From NCBI GenBank assembly GCA_964057225.1, contig OZ059899.1, positions 15,996,001 through 16,060,000 on the forward strand: a DNA stretch of 64,000 nt, written 5' to 3'. Below the pieces are notes generated by a model that had not been told where the DNA came from, searched no databases, and saw only the letters and a program-made list of their open reading frames with translations. This document shows positions 45,902-60,627 of the stretch, in pieces. The stretch is from Auanema rhodensis. Taxonomy: Eukaryota > Animalia > Nematoda. Both the position numbers and the translations under genes were made by a program. Numbering within the stretch: position 1 is the first letter of the stretch; every line of letters starts with the position of its first letter.

Positions 45902-48900
45902 TTCAGTCGTATGTTATATTTCAATTTGATCTTCGCAGTAGGGTAAAAACAATTTTAGCTACGTTGGAATGTCAAAAAATATCTGATGAGAGTGGGATTC
46001 GAACCCACGCCTCCGAAGAGACTGGTGCCTAAAACCAGCGCCTTAGACCGCTCGGCCATCTCACCTTGATGTGGCATTTTCAGTCGTATGTTATATTTCA
46101 ATTTGATCATCGCAATAGGGTAAAAACAATTTTAGCTACGTTGGAATGTCAAAAAATATCTGATGAGAGTGGGATTCGAACCCACGCCTCCGAAGAGACT
46201 GGTGCCTTAAACCAGCGCCTTAGACCGCTCGGCCATCTCACCTTGATGTGGCATTTTCAGTCGTATGTTATATTTCAATTTGATCATCGCAGTAGAGTAA
46301 AAACAATTTTAGCTAAGTTGGAATGTCAAAAAATATCTGATGAGAGTGGGATTCGAACCCACGCCTCCGAAGAGACTGGTGCCTTAAACCAGCGCCTTAG
46401 ACCGCTCGGCCATCTCACCTTGATGTGACTATTTCAGTCGTATGTTATATTCGAATTTGATTATCGTAGTAGGGTAAAAACAATTTTAGCTACGTTGGAA
46501 TGTCAAAAAATATCTGATGAGAGTGGGATTCGAACCCACGCCTCCGAAGAGACTGGTGCCTAAAACCAGCGCCTTAGACCGCTCGGCCATCTCACCTTGA
46601 TGTGGCATTTTCAGTCGTATGTTACATTTCAATTTGATTATCGCAATAGGGTAAAAACAATTTTAGCTACGTTGGAATGTCAAAAAATATCTGATGAGAG
46701 TGGGATTCGAACCCACGCCTCCGAAGAGACTGGTGCCTAAAACAAGCGCCTTAGACCGCTCGGCCATCTCACCTTGATGTGACTATTTCAGTCGTATGTT
46801 ATATTCGAATTTGATCATCGCAGTAGGGTAAAAACAATTTTAGCTACGTTGGAATGTCAAAAAATATCTGATGAGAGTGGGATTCGAACCCACGCCTCCG
46901 AAGAGACTGGTGCCTTAAACCAGCGCCTTAGACCGCTCGGCCATCTCACCTTGATGTGACTATTTCAGTCGTATGTTATATTTCAATTTGATCATCGCAA
47001 TAGGGTAAAAACAATTTTAGCTACGTTGGAATGTCAAAAAATATCTGATGAGAGTGGGATTCGAACCCACGCCTCCGAAGAGACTGGTGCCTTAAACCAG
47101 CGCCTTAGACCGCTCGGCCATCTCACCTTGATGTGGCATTTTCAGTCATATGTTATATTTCAATTTGATCTTCGCAGTAGGGTAAAAACAATTTTAGCTA
47201 CGTTGGAATGTCAAAAAATATCTGATGAGAGTGGGATTCGAACCCACGCCTCCGAAGAGACTGGTGCCTAAAACCAGCGCCTTAGACCGCTCGGCCATCT
47301 CACCTTGATGTGACTATTTCATGTCGTATGTTATATTCGAATTTGATCATCGCAGTAGGGTAAAAACAATTTTAGCTACGTTGGAATGTCAAAAAATATC
47401 TGATGAGAGTGGGATTCGAACCCACGCCTCCGAAGAGACTGGTGCCTAAAACCAGCGCCTTAGACCGCTCGGCCATCTCACCTTGATGTGACTATTTCAG
47501 TCGTATGTTATATTTCAATTTGATCATCGCAATAGGGTAAAAACAATTTTAGCTACGTTGGAATGTCAAAAAATATCTGATGAGAGTGGGATTCGAACCC
47601 ACGCCTCCGAAGAGACTGGTGCCTAAAACCAGCGCCTTAGACCGCTCGGCCATCTCACCTTGATGTGACTATTTCAGTCGTATGTTATATTCGAATTTGA
47701 TCATCGCAGTAGGGTAAAAACAATTTTAGCTACGTTGGAATGTCAAAAAATATCTGATGAGAGTGGGATTCGAACCCACGCCTCCGAAGAGACTGGTGCC
47801 TAAAACCAGCGCCTTAGACCGCTCGGCCATCTCACCTTGATGTGACTATTTCAGTCGTATGTTATATTTCAATTTGATCTTCGCAGTAGGGTAAAAACAA
47901 TTTTAGCTACGTTGGAATGTCAAAAAATATCTGATGAGAGTGGGATTCGAACCCACGCCTCCGAAGAGACTGGTGCCTTAAACCAGCGCCTTAGACCGCT
48001 CGGCCATCTCACCTTGATGTGACTATTTCATGTCGTATGTTATATTCGAATTTGATCATCGCAGTAGGGTAAAAACAATTTTAGCTACGTTGGAATGTCA
48101 AAAAATATCTGATGAGAGTGGGATTCGAACCCACGCCTCCGAAGAGACTGGTGCCTAAAACCAGCGCCTTAGACCGCTCGGCCATCTCACCTTGATGTGA
48201 CTATTTCAGTCGTATGTTATATTTCAATTTGATCATCGCAATAGGGTAAAAACAATTTTAGCTACGTTGGAATGTCAAAAAATATCTGATGAGAGTGGGA
48301 TTCGAACCCACGCCTCCGAAGAGACTGGTGCCTAAAACCAGCGCCTTAGACCGCTCGGCCATCTCACCTTGATGTGACTATTTCAGTCGTATGTTATATT
48401 CGAATTTGATCACCGCAGTAGGGTAAAAACAATTTTAGCTACGTTGGAATGTCAAAAAATATCTGATGAGAGTGGGATTCGAACCCACACCTCCGAAGAG
48501 ACTGGTGCCTAAAACCAGCGCCTTAGACCGCTCGGCCATCTCACCATGATGTGACTATTTCAGTCGTATGTTATATTCAAATTTGATCATCGTAGTAGGG
48601 TAAAAACAATTTTAGCTACGTTGGAATGTCAAAAAATATCTGATGAGAGTGGGATTCGAACCCACACCTCCGAAGAGACTGGTGCCTAAAACCAGCGCCT
48701 TAGACCGCTCGGCCATCTCACCTTGATGTGACTATTTCAGTCGTATGTTATATTTCAATTTGATCATCGCAATAGGGTAAAAACAATTTTAGCTACGTTG
48801 GAATGTCAAAAAATATCTGATGAGAGTGGGATTCGAACCCACGCCTCCGAAGAGACTGGTGCCTTAAACCAGCGCCTTAGACCGCTCGGCCATCTCACCT

Positions 48901-51766
48901 TGATGTGGCAGTTTCAGTCGTATGTTATATTTCAATTTGATCATCGCAATAGGGTAAAAACAATTTTAGCTACGTTGGAATGTCAAAAAATATCTGATGA
49001 GAGTGGGATTCGAACCCACGCCTCCGAAGAGACTGGTGCCTAAAACCAGCGCCTTAGACCGCTCGGCCATCTCACCTTGATGTGACTATTTCAGTCGTAT
49101 GTTATATTCGAATTTGATCATCGCAGTAGGGTAAAAACAATTTTAGCTACGTTGGAATGTCAAAAAATATCTGATGAGAGTGGGATTCGAACCCACGCCT
49201 CCGAAGAGACTGGTGCCTTAAACCAGCGCCTTAGACCGCTCGGCCATCTCACCTTGATGTGACTATTTCAGTCGTATGTTATATTTCAATTTGATCATCG
49301 CAATAGGGTAACAACAATTTTAGCTACGTTGGAATGTCAAAAAATATCTGATGAGAGTGGGATTCGAACCCACGCCTCCGAAGAGACTGGTGCCTTAAAC
49401 CAGCGCCTTAGACCGCTCGGCCATCTCACCTTGATGTGACTATTTCAGTCGTATGTTATATTTCAATTTGATCATCGCAATAGGGTAAAAACAATTTTAG
49501 CTACGTTGGAATGTCAAAAAATATCTGATGAGAGTGGGATTCGAACCCACGCCTCCGAAGAGACTGGTGCCTAAAACCAGCGCCTTAGACCGCTCGGCCA
49601 TCTCACCTTGATGTGACTATTTCAGTCGTATGTTATATTTCAATTTGATCATCGCAATAGGGTAAAAACAATTTTAGCTACGTTGGAATGTCAAAAAATA
49701 TCTGATGAGAGTGGGATTCGAACCCACGCCTCCGAAGAGACTGGTGCCTAAAACCAGCGCCTTAGACCGCTCGGCCATCTCACCTTGATGTGACTATTTC
49801 AGTCGTATGTTATATTCGAATTTGATCATCGCAGTAGGGTAAAAACAATTTTAGCTACGTTGGAATGTCAAAAAATATCTGATGAGAGTGGGATTCGAAC
49901 CCACGCCTCCGAAGAGACTGGTGCCTTAAACCAGCGCCTTAGACCGCTCGGCCATCACACCTTGATGTGACTATTTCAGTCGTATGTTATATTTCAATTT
50001 GATCATCGCAATAGGGTAAAAACAATTTTAGCTACGTTGGAATGTCAAAAAATATCTGATGAGAGTGGGATTCGAACCCACGCCTCCGAAGAGACTGGTG
50101 CCTTAAACCAGCGCCTTAGACCGCTCGGCCATCTCACCTTGATGTGGCATTTTCAGTCGTATGTTATATTTCAATTTGATCTTCGCAGTAGGGTAAAAAC
50201 AATTTTAGCTACGTTGGAATGTCAAAAAATATCTGATGAGAGTGGGATTCGAACCCACGCCTCCGAAGAGACTGGTGCCTAAAACCAGCGCCTTAGACCG
50301 CTCGGCCATCTCACCTTGATGTGACTATTTCATGTCGTATGTTATATTCGAATTTGATCATCGCAGTAGGGTAAAAACAATTTTAGCTACGTTGGAATGT
50401 CAAAAAATATCTGATGAGAGTGGGATTCGAACCCACGCCTCCGAAGAGACTGGTGCCTAAAACCAGCGCCTTAGACCGCTCGGCCATCTCACCTTGATGT
50501 GACTATTTCAGTCGTATGTTATATTCGAATTTGATCATCGCAGTAGGGTAAAAACAATTTTAGCTACGTTGGAATGTCAAAAAATATCTGATGAGAGTGG
50601 GATTCGATCCCACGCCTCCGAAGAGACTGGTGCCTTAAACCAGCGCCTTAGACCGCTCGGCCATCTCACCTTGATGTGACTATTTCAGTCGTATGTTATA
50701 TTCGAATTTGATCATCGCAGTAGGGTAAAAACAATTTTAGCTACGTTGGAATGTCAAAAAATATCTGATGAGAGTGGGATTCGATCCCACGCCTCCGAAG
50801 AGACTGGTGCCTTAAACCAGCGCCTTAGACCGCTCGGCCATCTCACCTTGATGTGACTATTTCAGTCGTATGTTATATTTCAATTTGATCATCGCAATAG
50901 GGTAAAAACAATTTTAGCTAAGTTGAAATGTCAAAAAATATCTGATGAGAGTGGGATTCGAACCCACGCCTCCGAAGAGACTGGTGCCTTAAACCAGCGC
51001 CTTAGACCGCTCGGCCATCTCACCTTGATGTGACTATTTCAGTCGTATGTTATATTCGAATTTGATTATCGTAGTAGGGTAAAAACAATTTTAGCTACGT
51101 TGGAATGTCAAAAAATATCTGATGAGAGTGGGATTCGATCCCACGCCTCCGAAGAGACTGGTGCCTTAAACCAGCGCCTTAGACCGCTCGGCCATCTCAC
51201 CTTGATGTGACTATTTCAGTCGTATGTTATATTCGAATTTGATCATCGCAGTTGGGTAAAAACAATTTTAGCTAAGTTGAAATGTCAAAAAATATCTGAT
51301 GAGAGTGGGATTCGAACCCACGCCTCCGAAGAGACTGGTGCCTTAAACCAGCGCCTTAGACCGCTCGGCCATCTCACCTTGATATGACTATTTCAGTCGT
51401 ATGTTATATTCGAATTTGATCATCGCAGTAGGGTAAAAACAATTTTAGCTACGTTGGAATGTCAAAAAATATCTGATGAGAGTGGGATTCGAACCCACGC
51501 CTCCGAAGAGACTGGTGCCTAAAACCAACGCCTTAGACCGCTCGGCCATCTCACCTTGATGTGACTATTTCAGTCGTATGTTATATTTGAATTTGATCAT
51601 AACAGTAGGGTAAAAACAATTTTAGCTACGTTGGAATGTCAAAAAATATCTGATGAGAGTGGGATTCGAACCCACGCCTCCGAAGAGACTGGTGCCTTAA
51701 ACCAGCGCCTTAGACCGCTCGGCCATCTCACCTTGATGTGGCATTTTCAGTCCTATGTTATATTTC
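45902..51766 (-). tRNA. tRNA-Leu array block 8, about 33 genes
   Basis: Same unit, mixed anticodons. Confidence 0.97.
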
Positions 51767-53353
51767 AAAAAACCTTCTGTTTCGCATGTTTTCTTTTTGT
51801 GGAGCTGTTGCATACATGAAAAGTGTTCATTAAAGATGTTAAGTAATCGTTCTAACTGATCTTTTGATAATGATTTTCAAATTGCTGAGAGTGTGTGATG
51901 GATCAATATTGTAAATGAAATGAAATATTAAATTTTAAATATGCTAGTTTACTGACCTTATTAATGCTCTTGTTGTTTGATTTTTGTAGCTACGGCACTT
52001 TATGAAAGTGAGTAGTAGCGTTCCTGTTGTCCCCCTGGCCCTGGTATCAGAATCTCGTCATCTGAATCGGCTGTTGAGCTATAATGAAAATTGATTACAA
52101 ATCGAGGTATTTGAAACCTATTCCATGTCGTAGTAGTTTCTCTTACGGTTCGTTTTCGAAAATTGAGAACCAAATCTTCTGTGATCAAACTTTGATCCGT
52201 CAGCTGGTCTCAATTGCTCAGCTTGTACATCTCGCACTGTTCTCTCATTTCTTTTTCGTTCCAGATTTTCCACGATCGCTCTTTTGTTCGTTTCGTTTTC
52301 TAACGATATGAAGACAGCTAGCCTGGAACAAAAATATAATATTTTGTTTCTCAAACTTAAGAAACCTGTGTTGGCATAGAGCATGCTTAGGGCAATTTCG
52401 TTGCGTGCATCCCGGACTGGAGCATACAAGCTCATTATTGGTCTCATTGACACATCCCAATCTGGAATAACAATGATAAACTCAAAATAAAAAATCTTAG
52501 CTTATGCTCCCGTACTGTCCTTGGTGAAATATATGCCTGCCTTTGCAGCAGGAAATACTTCCAAACGCTGAACAGTTTCAAAAAACATGTCCGCATTGCT
52601 GGTCCCGACTGGCTCACTCATCCATGATGGATAGCTTGACAACGAATTTTCAAAAATGAAATCACTCAAACCGAAAAGTTTGAGCTTATTCATTTTTTCA
52701 ATGCGTGTCATTACTAACCACTCATGGTTTTCAACATGAAAATGAGTGACCAGTTTGTCGGATTTCTGATGAACGGCTCCAATTCGTTCTTTAATTTCTT
52801 CTATAAAAAAATTACTAGTTATTTTCATTATGTTTTGATTACCTTCATGTAGTTGTGGCATTTTTTCTAGAACTTGATGAGCCGGAATAGGGTGAGGTAT
52901 TCTAGCGTTCAATTGAGAATTCTTCGACTCCAACAAGCTTGTTGAAAAAAATTGTTGGCTTTGCCCAGCTCTCAATTTTTGAATCAAACTATTGGTTTGA
53001 TATAAATCGTCCTTGTTGGTAAGAAGCCTAAATTAAAAAAAAATAAAAGAATTCAAAAAAAACCAACCATTGTCGAGTTCTTTCTCCACAATTCCTTACA
53101 ATATCTTGGATTTTCCTTTCATATTCATCACGGTTTTGTGATGATAGAGCCCCTTTCCTCATGATCGTTCCATATTCAGTCTTAAAACATAAAAATAGTG
53201 TTTAAAAACAATATCAAGTATACCTCTTTTTTTCTTCCAAATATTTTATGGAGGATGTGTTCCTTTCTCTCAGCATCATCGTCCTTGCCGAATGTGCTTT
53301 TGATATTCTCCATTCGGTGCACGGAACATCTTAGCGGTACGGTACGGTACGAG
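51767..53353 (-). mobile_element. Truncated copy of the MULE-like insert (hairpin lost)
   Basis: Starts inside the inner hairpin arm at an AA microhomology. The array has the same orientation on both sides. Confidence 0.7.
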
Positions 53354-56300
53354 TTCAGTCGTATGTTATATTTCAATTTGATTTTCGCAAAAGGGTAAAA
53401 ACAATTTTAGCTACGTTGGAATGTCAAAAAATATCTGATGAGAGTGGGATTCGAACCCACGCCTCCGAAGAGACTGGTGCCTTAAACCAGCGCCTTAGAC
53501 CGCTCGGCCATCTCACCTTGATGTGACTATTTCAGTCGTATGTTATATTTCAATTTGATCATCGCAATAGGGTAAAAACAATTTTAGCTACGTTGGAATG
53601 TCAAAAAATATCTGATGAGAGTGGGATTCGAACCCACGCCTCCGAAGAGACTGGTGCCTTAAACCAGCGCCTTAGACCGCTCGGCCATCTCACCTTGATG
53701 TGACTATTTCAGTCGTATGTTATATTTCAATTTGATCATCGCAATAGGGTAAAAACAATTTTAGCTACGTTGGAATGTCAAAAAATATCTGATGAGAGTG
53801 GGATTCAAACCCACGCCTCCGAAGAGACTGGTGCCTTAAACCAGCGCCTTAGACTGCTCGGCCATCTCACCTTGATGTGACTATTTCAGTCGTATGTTAT
53901 ATTTCAATTTGATCATCGCAGTAGGGTAAAAACAATTTTAGCTACGTTGGAATGTCAAAAAATATCTGATGAGAGTGGGATTCGATCCCACGCCTCCGAA
54001 GAGACTGGTGCCTTAAACCAGCGCCTTAGACCGCTCGGCCATCTCACCTTGATGTGACTATTTCAGTCGTATGTTATATTTGAATTTGATCATCGCAGTA
54101 GGGTAAAAACAATGTTAGCAACGTTGGAATGCCAAAAAATATCTGATGAGAGTGGGATTCGAACCCACGCCTCCGAAGAGACTGGTGCCTTAAACCAGCG
54201 CCTTAGACCGCTCGGCCATCTCACCTTGATGTGACTATTTCAGTCGTATGTTATATTCGAATTTGATCATCGCAGTAGGGTAAAAACAATTTTAGCTACG
54301 TTGGAATGTCAAAAAATATCTGATGAGAGTGGGATTCGAACCCACGCCTCCGAAGAGACTGGTGCCTTAAACCAGCGCCTTAGACCGCTCGGCCATCTCA
54401 CCTTGATGTGACTATTTCAGTCGTATGTTATATTTCAATTTGATCATCGCAATAGGGTAAAAACAATTTTAGCTACGTTGGAATGTCAAAAAATATCTGA
54501 TGAGAGTGGGATTCAAACCCACGCCTCCGAAGAGACTGGTGCCTTAAACCAGCGCCTTAGACTGCTCGGCCATCTCACCTTGATGTGACTATTTCAGTCG
54601 TATGTTATATTTCAATTTGATCATCGCAATAGGGTAAAAACAATTTTAGCTACGTTGGAATGTCAAAAAATATCTGATGAGAGTGGGATTCGAACCCACG
54701 CCTCCGAAGAGACTGGTGCCTTAAACCAGCGCCTTAGACCGCTCGGCCATCTCACCTTGATGTGGCAGTTTCAGTCGTATGTTATATTTCAATTTGATCA
54801 TCGCAATAGGGTAAAAACAATTTTAGCTACGTTGGAATGTCAAAAAATATCTGATGAGAGTGGGATTCGAACCCACGCCTCCGAAGAGACTGGTGCCTAA
54901 AACCAGCGCCTTAGACCGCTCGGCCATCTCACCTTGATGTGACTATTTCAGTCGTATGTTATATTCGAATTTGATCACCGCAGTAGGGTAAAAACAATTT
55001 TAGCTACGTTGGAATGTCAAAAAATATCTGATGAGAGTGGGATTCGAACCCACGCCTCCGAAGAGACTGGTGCCTAAAACCAGCGCCTTAGACCGCTCGG
55101 CCATCTCACCTTGATGTGACTATTTCAGTCGTATGTTATATTCGAATTTGATCATCGCAGTAGGGTAAAAACAATTTTAGCTACGTTGGAATGTCAAAAA
55201 ATATCTGATGAGAGTGGGATTCGAACCCACGCCTCCGAAGAGACTGGTGCCTTAAACCAGCGCCTTAGACCGCTCGGCCATCTCACCTTGATGTGACTAT
55301 TTCAGTCGTATGTTATATTTCAATTTGATCATCGCAATAGGGTAACAACAATTTTAGCTACGTTGGAATGTCAAAAAATATCTGATGAGAGTGGGATTCG
55401 AACCCACGCCTCCGAAGAGACTGGTGCCTTAAACCAGCGCCTTAGACCGCTCGGCCATCTCACCTTGATGTGACTATTTCAGTCGTATGTTATATTTCAA
55501 TTTGATCATCGCAATAGGGTAAAAACAATTTTAGCTACGTTGGAATGTCAAAAAATATCTGATGAGAGTGGGATTCGAACCCACGCCTCCGAAGAGACTG
55601 GTGCCTAAAACCAGCGCCTTAGACCGCTCGGCCATCTCACCTTGATGTGGCATTTTCAGTCGTATGTTATATTTCAATTTGATCATCGCAATAGGGTAAA
55701 AACAATTTTAGCTACGTTGGAATGTCAAAAAATATTTGATGAGAGTGGGATTCGAACCCACGCCTCCGAAGAGACTGGTGCCTAAAACCAGCGCCTTAGA
55801 CCGCTCGGCCATCTCACCTTGATGTGACTATTTCAGTCGTATGTTATATTTCAATTTGATCATCGCAATAGGGTAAAAACAATTTTAGCTACGTTGGAAT
55901 GTCAAAAAATATCTGATGAGAGTGGGATTCGAACCCACGCCTCCGAAGAGACTGGTGCCTAAAACCAGCGCCTTAGACCGCTCGGCCATCTCACCTTGAT
56001 GTGACTATTTCAGTCGTATGTTATATTCGAATTTGATCATCGCAGTAGGGTAAAAACAATTTTAGCTACGTTGGAATGTCAAAAAATATCTGATGAGAGT
56101 GGGATTCGAACCCACGCCTCCGAAGAGACTGGTGCCTTAAACCAGCGCCTTAGACCGCTCGGCCATCACACCTTGATGTGACTATTTCAGTCGTATGTTA
56201 TATTTCAATTTGATCATCGCAATAGGGTAAAAACAATTTTAGCTACGTTGGAATGTCAAAAAATATCTGATGAGAGTGGGATTCGAACCCACGCCTCCGA

Positions 56301-59040
56301 AGAGACTGGTGCCTTAAACCAGCGCCTTAGACCGCTCGGCCATCTCACCTTGATGTGGCATTTTCAGTCGTATGTTATATTTCAATTTGATCTTCGCAGT
56401 AGGGTAAAAACAATTTTAGCTACGTTGGAATGTCAAAAAATATCTGATGAGAGTGGGATTCGAACCCACGCCTCCGAAGAGACTGGTGCCTAAAACCAGC
56501 GCCTTAGACCGCTCGGCCATCTCACCTTGATGTGACTATTTCATGTCGTATGTTATATTCGAATTTGATCATCGCAGTAGGGTAAAAACAATTTTAGCTA
56601 CGTTGGAATGTCAAAAAATATTTGATGAGAGTGGGATTCGAACCCACGCCTCCGAAGAGACTGGTGCCTAAAACCAGCGCCTTAGACCGCTCGGCCATCT
56701 CACCTTGATGTGACTATTTCAGTCGTATGTTATATTTCAATTTGATCATCGCAATAGGGTAAAAACAATTTTAGCTACGTTGGAATGTCAAAAAATATCT
56801 GATGAGAGTGGGATTCGAACCCACGCCTCCGAAGAGACTGGTGCCTAAAACCAGCGCCTTAGACCGCTCGGCCATCTCACCTTGATGTGACTATTTCAGT
56901 CGTATGTTATATTCGAATTTGATCATCGCAGTAGGGTAAAAACAATTTTAGCTACGTTGGAATGTCAAAAAATATCTGATGAGAGTGGGATTCGAACCCA
57001 CGCCTCCGAAGAGACTGGTGCCTTAAACCAGCGCCTTAGACCGCTCGGCCATCACACCTTGATGTGACTATTTCAGTCGTATGTTATATTTCAATTTGAT
57101 CATCGCAATAGGGTAAAAACAATTTTAGCTACGTTGGAATGTCAAAAAATATCTGATGAGAGTGGGATTCGAACCCACGCCTCCGAAGAGACTGGTGCCT
57201 TAAACCAGCGCCTTAGACCGCTCGGCCATCTCACCTTGATGTGGCATTTTCAGTCGTATGTTATATTTCAATTTGATCTTCGCAGTAGGGTAAAAACAAT
57301 TTTAGCTACGTTGGAATGTCAAAAAATATCTGATGAGAGTGGGATTCGAACCCACGCCTCCGAAGAGACTGGTGCCTAAAACCAGCGCCTTAGACCGCTC
57401 GGCCATCTCACCTTGATGTGACTATTTCATGTCGTATGTTATATTCGAATTTGATCATCGCAGTAGGGTAAAAACAATTTTAGCTACGTTGGAATGTCAA
57501 AAAATATCTGATGAGAGTGGGATTCGAACCCACGCCTCCGAAGAGACTGGTGCCTAAAACCAGCGCCTTAGACCGCTCGGCCATCTCACCTTGATGTGAC
57601 TATTTCAGTCGTATGTTATATTTCAATTTGATCATCGCAATAGGGTAAAAACAATTTTAGCTACGTTGGAATGTCAAAAAATATCTGATGAGAGTGGGAT
57701 TCGAACCCACGCCTCCGAAGAGACTGGTGCCTAAAACCAGCGCCTTAGACCGCTCGGCCATCTCACCTTGATGTGACTATTTCAGTCGTATGTTATATTC
57801 GAATTTGATCATCGCAGTAGGGTAAAAACAATTTTAGCTACGTTGGAATGTCAAAAAATATCTGATGAGAGTGGGATTCGATCCCACGCCTCCGAAGAGA
57901 CTGGTGCCTTAAACCAGCGCCTTAGACCGCTCGGCCATCTCACCTTGATGTGACTATTTCAGTCGTATGTTATATTCGAATTTGATCATCGCAGTAGGGT
58001 AAAAACAATTTTAGCTACGTTGGAATGTCAAAAAATATCTGATGAGAGTGGGATTCGATCCCACGCCTCCGAAGAGACTGGTGCCTTAAACCAGCGCCTT
58101 AGACCGCTCGGCCATCTCACCTTGATGTGACTATTTCAGTCGTATGTTATATTTCAATTTGATCATCGCAATAGGGTAAAAACAATTTTAGCTAAGTTGA
58201 AATGTCAAAAAATATCTGATGAGAGTGGGATTCGAACCCACGCCTCCGAAGAGACTGGTGCCTTAAACCAGCGCCTTAGACCGCTCGGCCATCTCACCTT
58301 GATGTGACTATTTCAGTCGTATGTTATATTCGAATTTGATTATCGTAGTAGGGTAAAAACAATTTTAGCTACGTTGGAATGTCAAAAAATATCTGATGAG
58401 AGTGGGATTCGATCCCACGCCTCCGAAGAGACTGGTGCCTTAAACCAGCGCCTTAGACCGCTCGGCCATCTCACCTTGATGTGACTATTTCAGTCGTATG
58501 TTATATTCGAATTTGATCATCGCAGTAGGGTAAAAACAATTTTAGCTAAGTTGAAATGTCAAAAAATATCTGATGAGAGTGGGATTCGAACCCACGCCTC
58601 CGAAGAGACTGGTGCCTTAAACCAGCGCCTTAGACCGCTCGGCCATCTCACCTTGATATGACTATTTCAGTCGTATGTTATATTCGAATTTGATCATCGC
58701 AGTAGGGTAAAAACAATTTTAGCTACGTTGGAATGTCAAAAAATATCTGATGAGAGTGGGATTCGAACCCACGCCTCCGAAGAGACTGGTGCCTAAAACC
58801 AACGCCTTAGACCGCTCGGCCATCTCACCTTGATGTGACTATTTCAGTCGTATGTTATATTTGAATTTGATCATAACAGTAGGGTAAAAACAATTTTAGC
58901 TACGTTGGAATGTCAAAAAATATCTGATGAGAGTGGGATTCGAACCCACGCCTCCGAAGAGACTGGTGCCTTAAACCAGCGCCTTAGACCGCTCGGCCAT
59001 CTCACCTTGATGTGGCATTTTCAGTCCTATGTTATATTTC
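53354..59040 (-). tRNA. tRNA-Leu array block 9, about 32 genes
   Basis: Same unit. The first 8 genes are all AAG. Confidence 0.97.
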
Positions 59041-60627
59041 AAAAAACCTTCTGTTTCGCATGTTTTCTTTTTGTGGAGCTGTTGCATACATGAAAAGTGT
59101 TCATTAAAGATGTTAAGTAATCGTTCTAACTGATCTTTTGATAATGATTTTCAAATTGCTGAGAGTGTGTGATGGATCAATATTGTAAATGAAATGAAAT
59201 ATTAAATTTTAAATATGCTAGTTTACTGACCTTATTAATGCTCTTGTTGTTTGATTTTTGTAGCTACGGCACTTTATGAAAGTGAGTAGTAGCGTTCCTG
59301 TTGTCCCCCTGGCCCTGGTATCAGAATCTCGTCATCTGAATCGGCTGTTGAGCTATAATGAAAATTGATTACAAATCGAGGTATTTGAAACCTATTCCAT
59401 GTCGTAGTAGTTTCTCTTACGGTTCGTTTTCGAAAATTGAGAACCAAATCTTCTGTGATCAAACTTTGATCCGTCAGCTGGTCTCAATTGCTCAGCTTGT
59501 ACATCTCGCACTGTTCTCTCATTTCTTTTTCGTTCCAGATTTTCCACGATCGCTCTTTTGTTCGTTTCGTTTTCTAACGATATGAAGACAGCTAGCCTGG
59601 AACAAAAATATAATATTTTGTTTCTCAAACTTAAGAAACCTGTGTTGGCATAGAGCATGCTTAGGGCAATTTCGTTGCGTGCATCCCGGACTGGAGCATA
59701 CAAGCTCATTATTGGTCTCATTGACACATCCCAATCTGGAATAACAATGATAAACTCAAAATAAAAAATCTTAGCTTATGCTCCCGTACTGTCCTTGGTG
59801 AAATATATGCCTGCCTTTGCAGCAGGAAATACTTCCAAACGCTGAACAGTTTCAAAAAACATGTCCGCATTGCTGGTCCCGACTGGCTCACTCATCCATG
59901 ATGGATAGCTTGACAACGAATTTTCAAAAATGAAATCACTCAAACCGAAAAGTTTGAGCTTATTCATTTTTTCAATGCGTGTCATTACTAACCACTCATG
60001 GTTTTCAACATGAAAATGAGTGACCAGTTTGTCGGATTTCTGATGAACGGCTCCAATTCGTTCTTTAATTTCTTCTATAAAAAAATTACTAGTTATTTTC
60101 ATTATGTTTTGATTACCTTCATGTAGTTGTAGCATTTTTTCTAGAACTTGATGAGCCGGAATAGGGTGAGGTATTCTAGCGTTCAATTGAGAATTCTTCG
60201 ACTCCAACAAGCTTGTTGAAAAAAATTGTTGGCTTTGCCCAGCTCTCAATTTTTGAATCAAACTATTGGTTTGATATAAATCGTCCTTGTTGGTAAGAAG
60301 CCTAAATTAAAAAAAAATAAAATAATTCAAAAAAAACCAACCATTGTCGAGTTCTTTCTCCACAATTCCTTACAATATCTTGGATTTTCCTTTCATATTC
60401 ATCACGGTTTTGTGATGATAGAGCCCCTTTCCTCATGATCGTTCCATATTCAGTCTTAAAACATAAAAATAGTGTTTAAAAACAATATCAAGTATACCTC
60501 TTTTTTTCTTCCAAATATTTTATGGAGGATGTGTTCCTTTCTCTCAGCATCATCGTCCTTGCCGAATGTGCTTTTGATATTCTCCATTCGGTGCACGGAA
60601 CATCTTAGCGGTACGGTACGGTACGAG
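59041..60627 (-). mobile_element. Second truncated copy of the MULE-like insert
   Basis: Duplicate of 51767..53353 at offset 7274. Confidence 0.7.
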
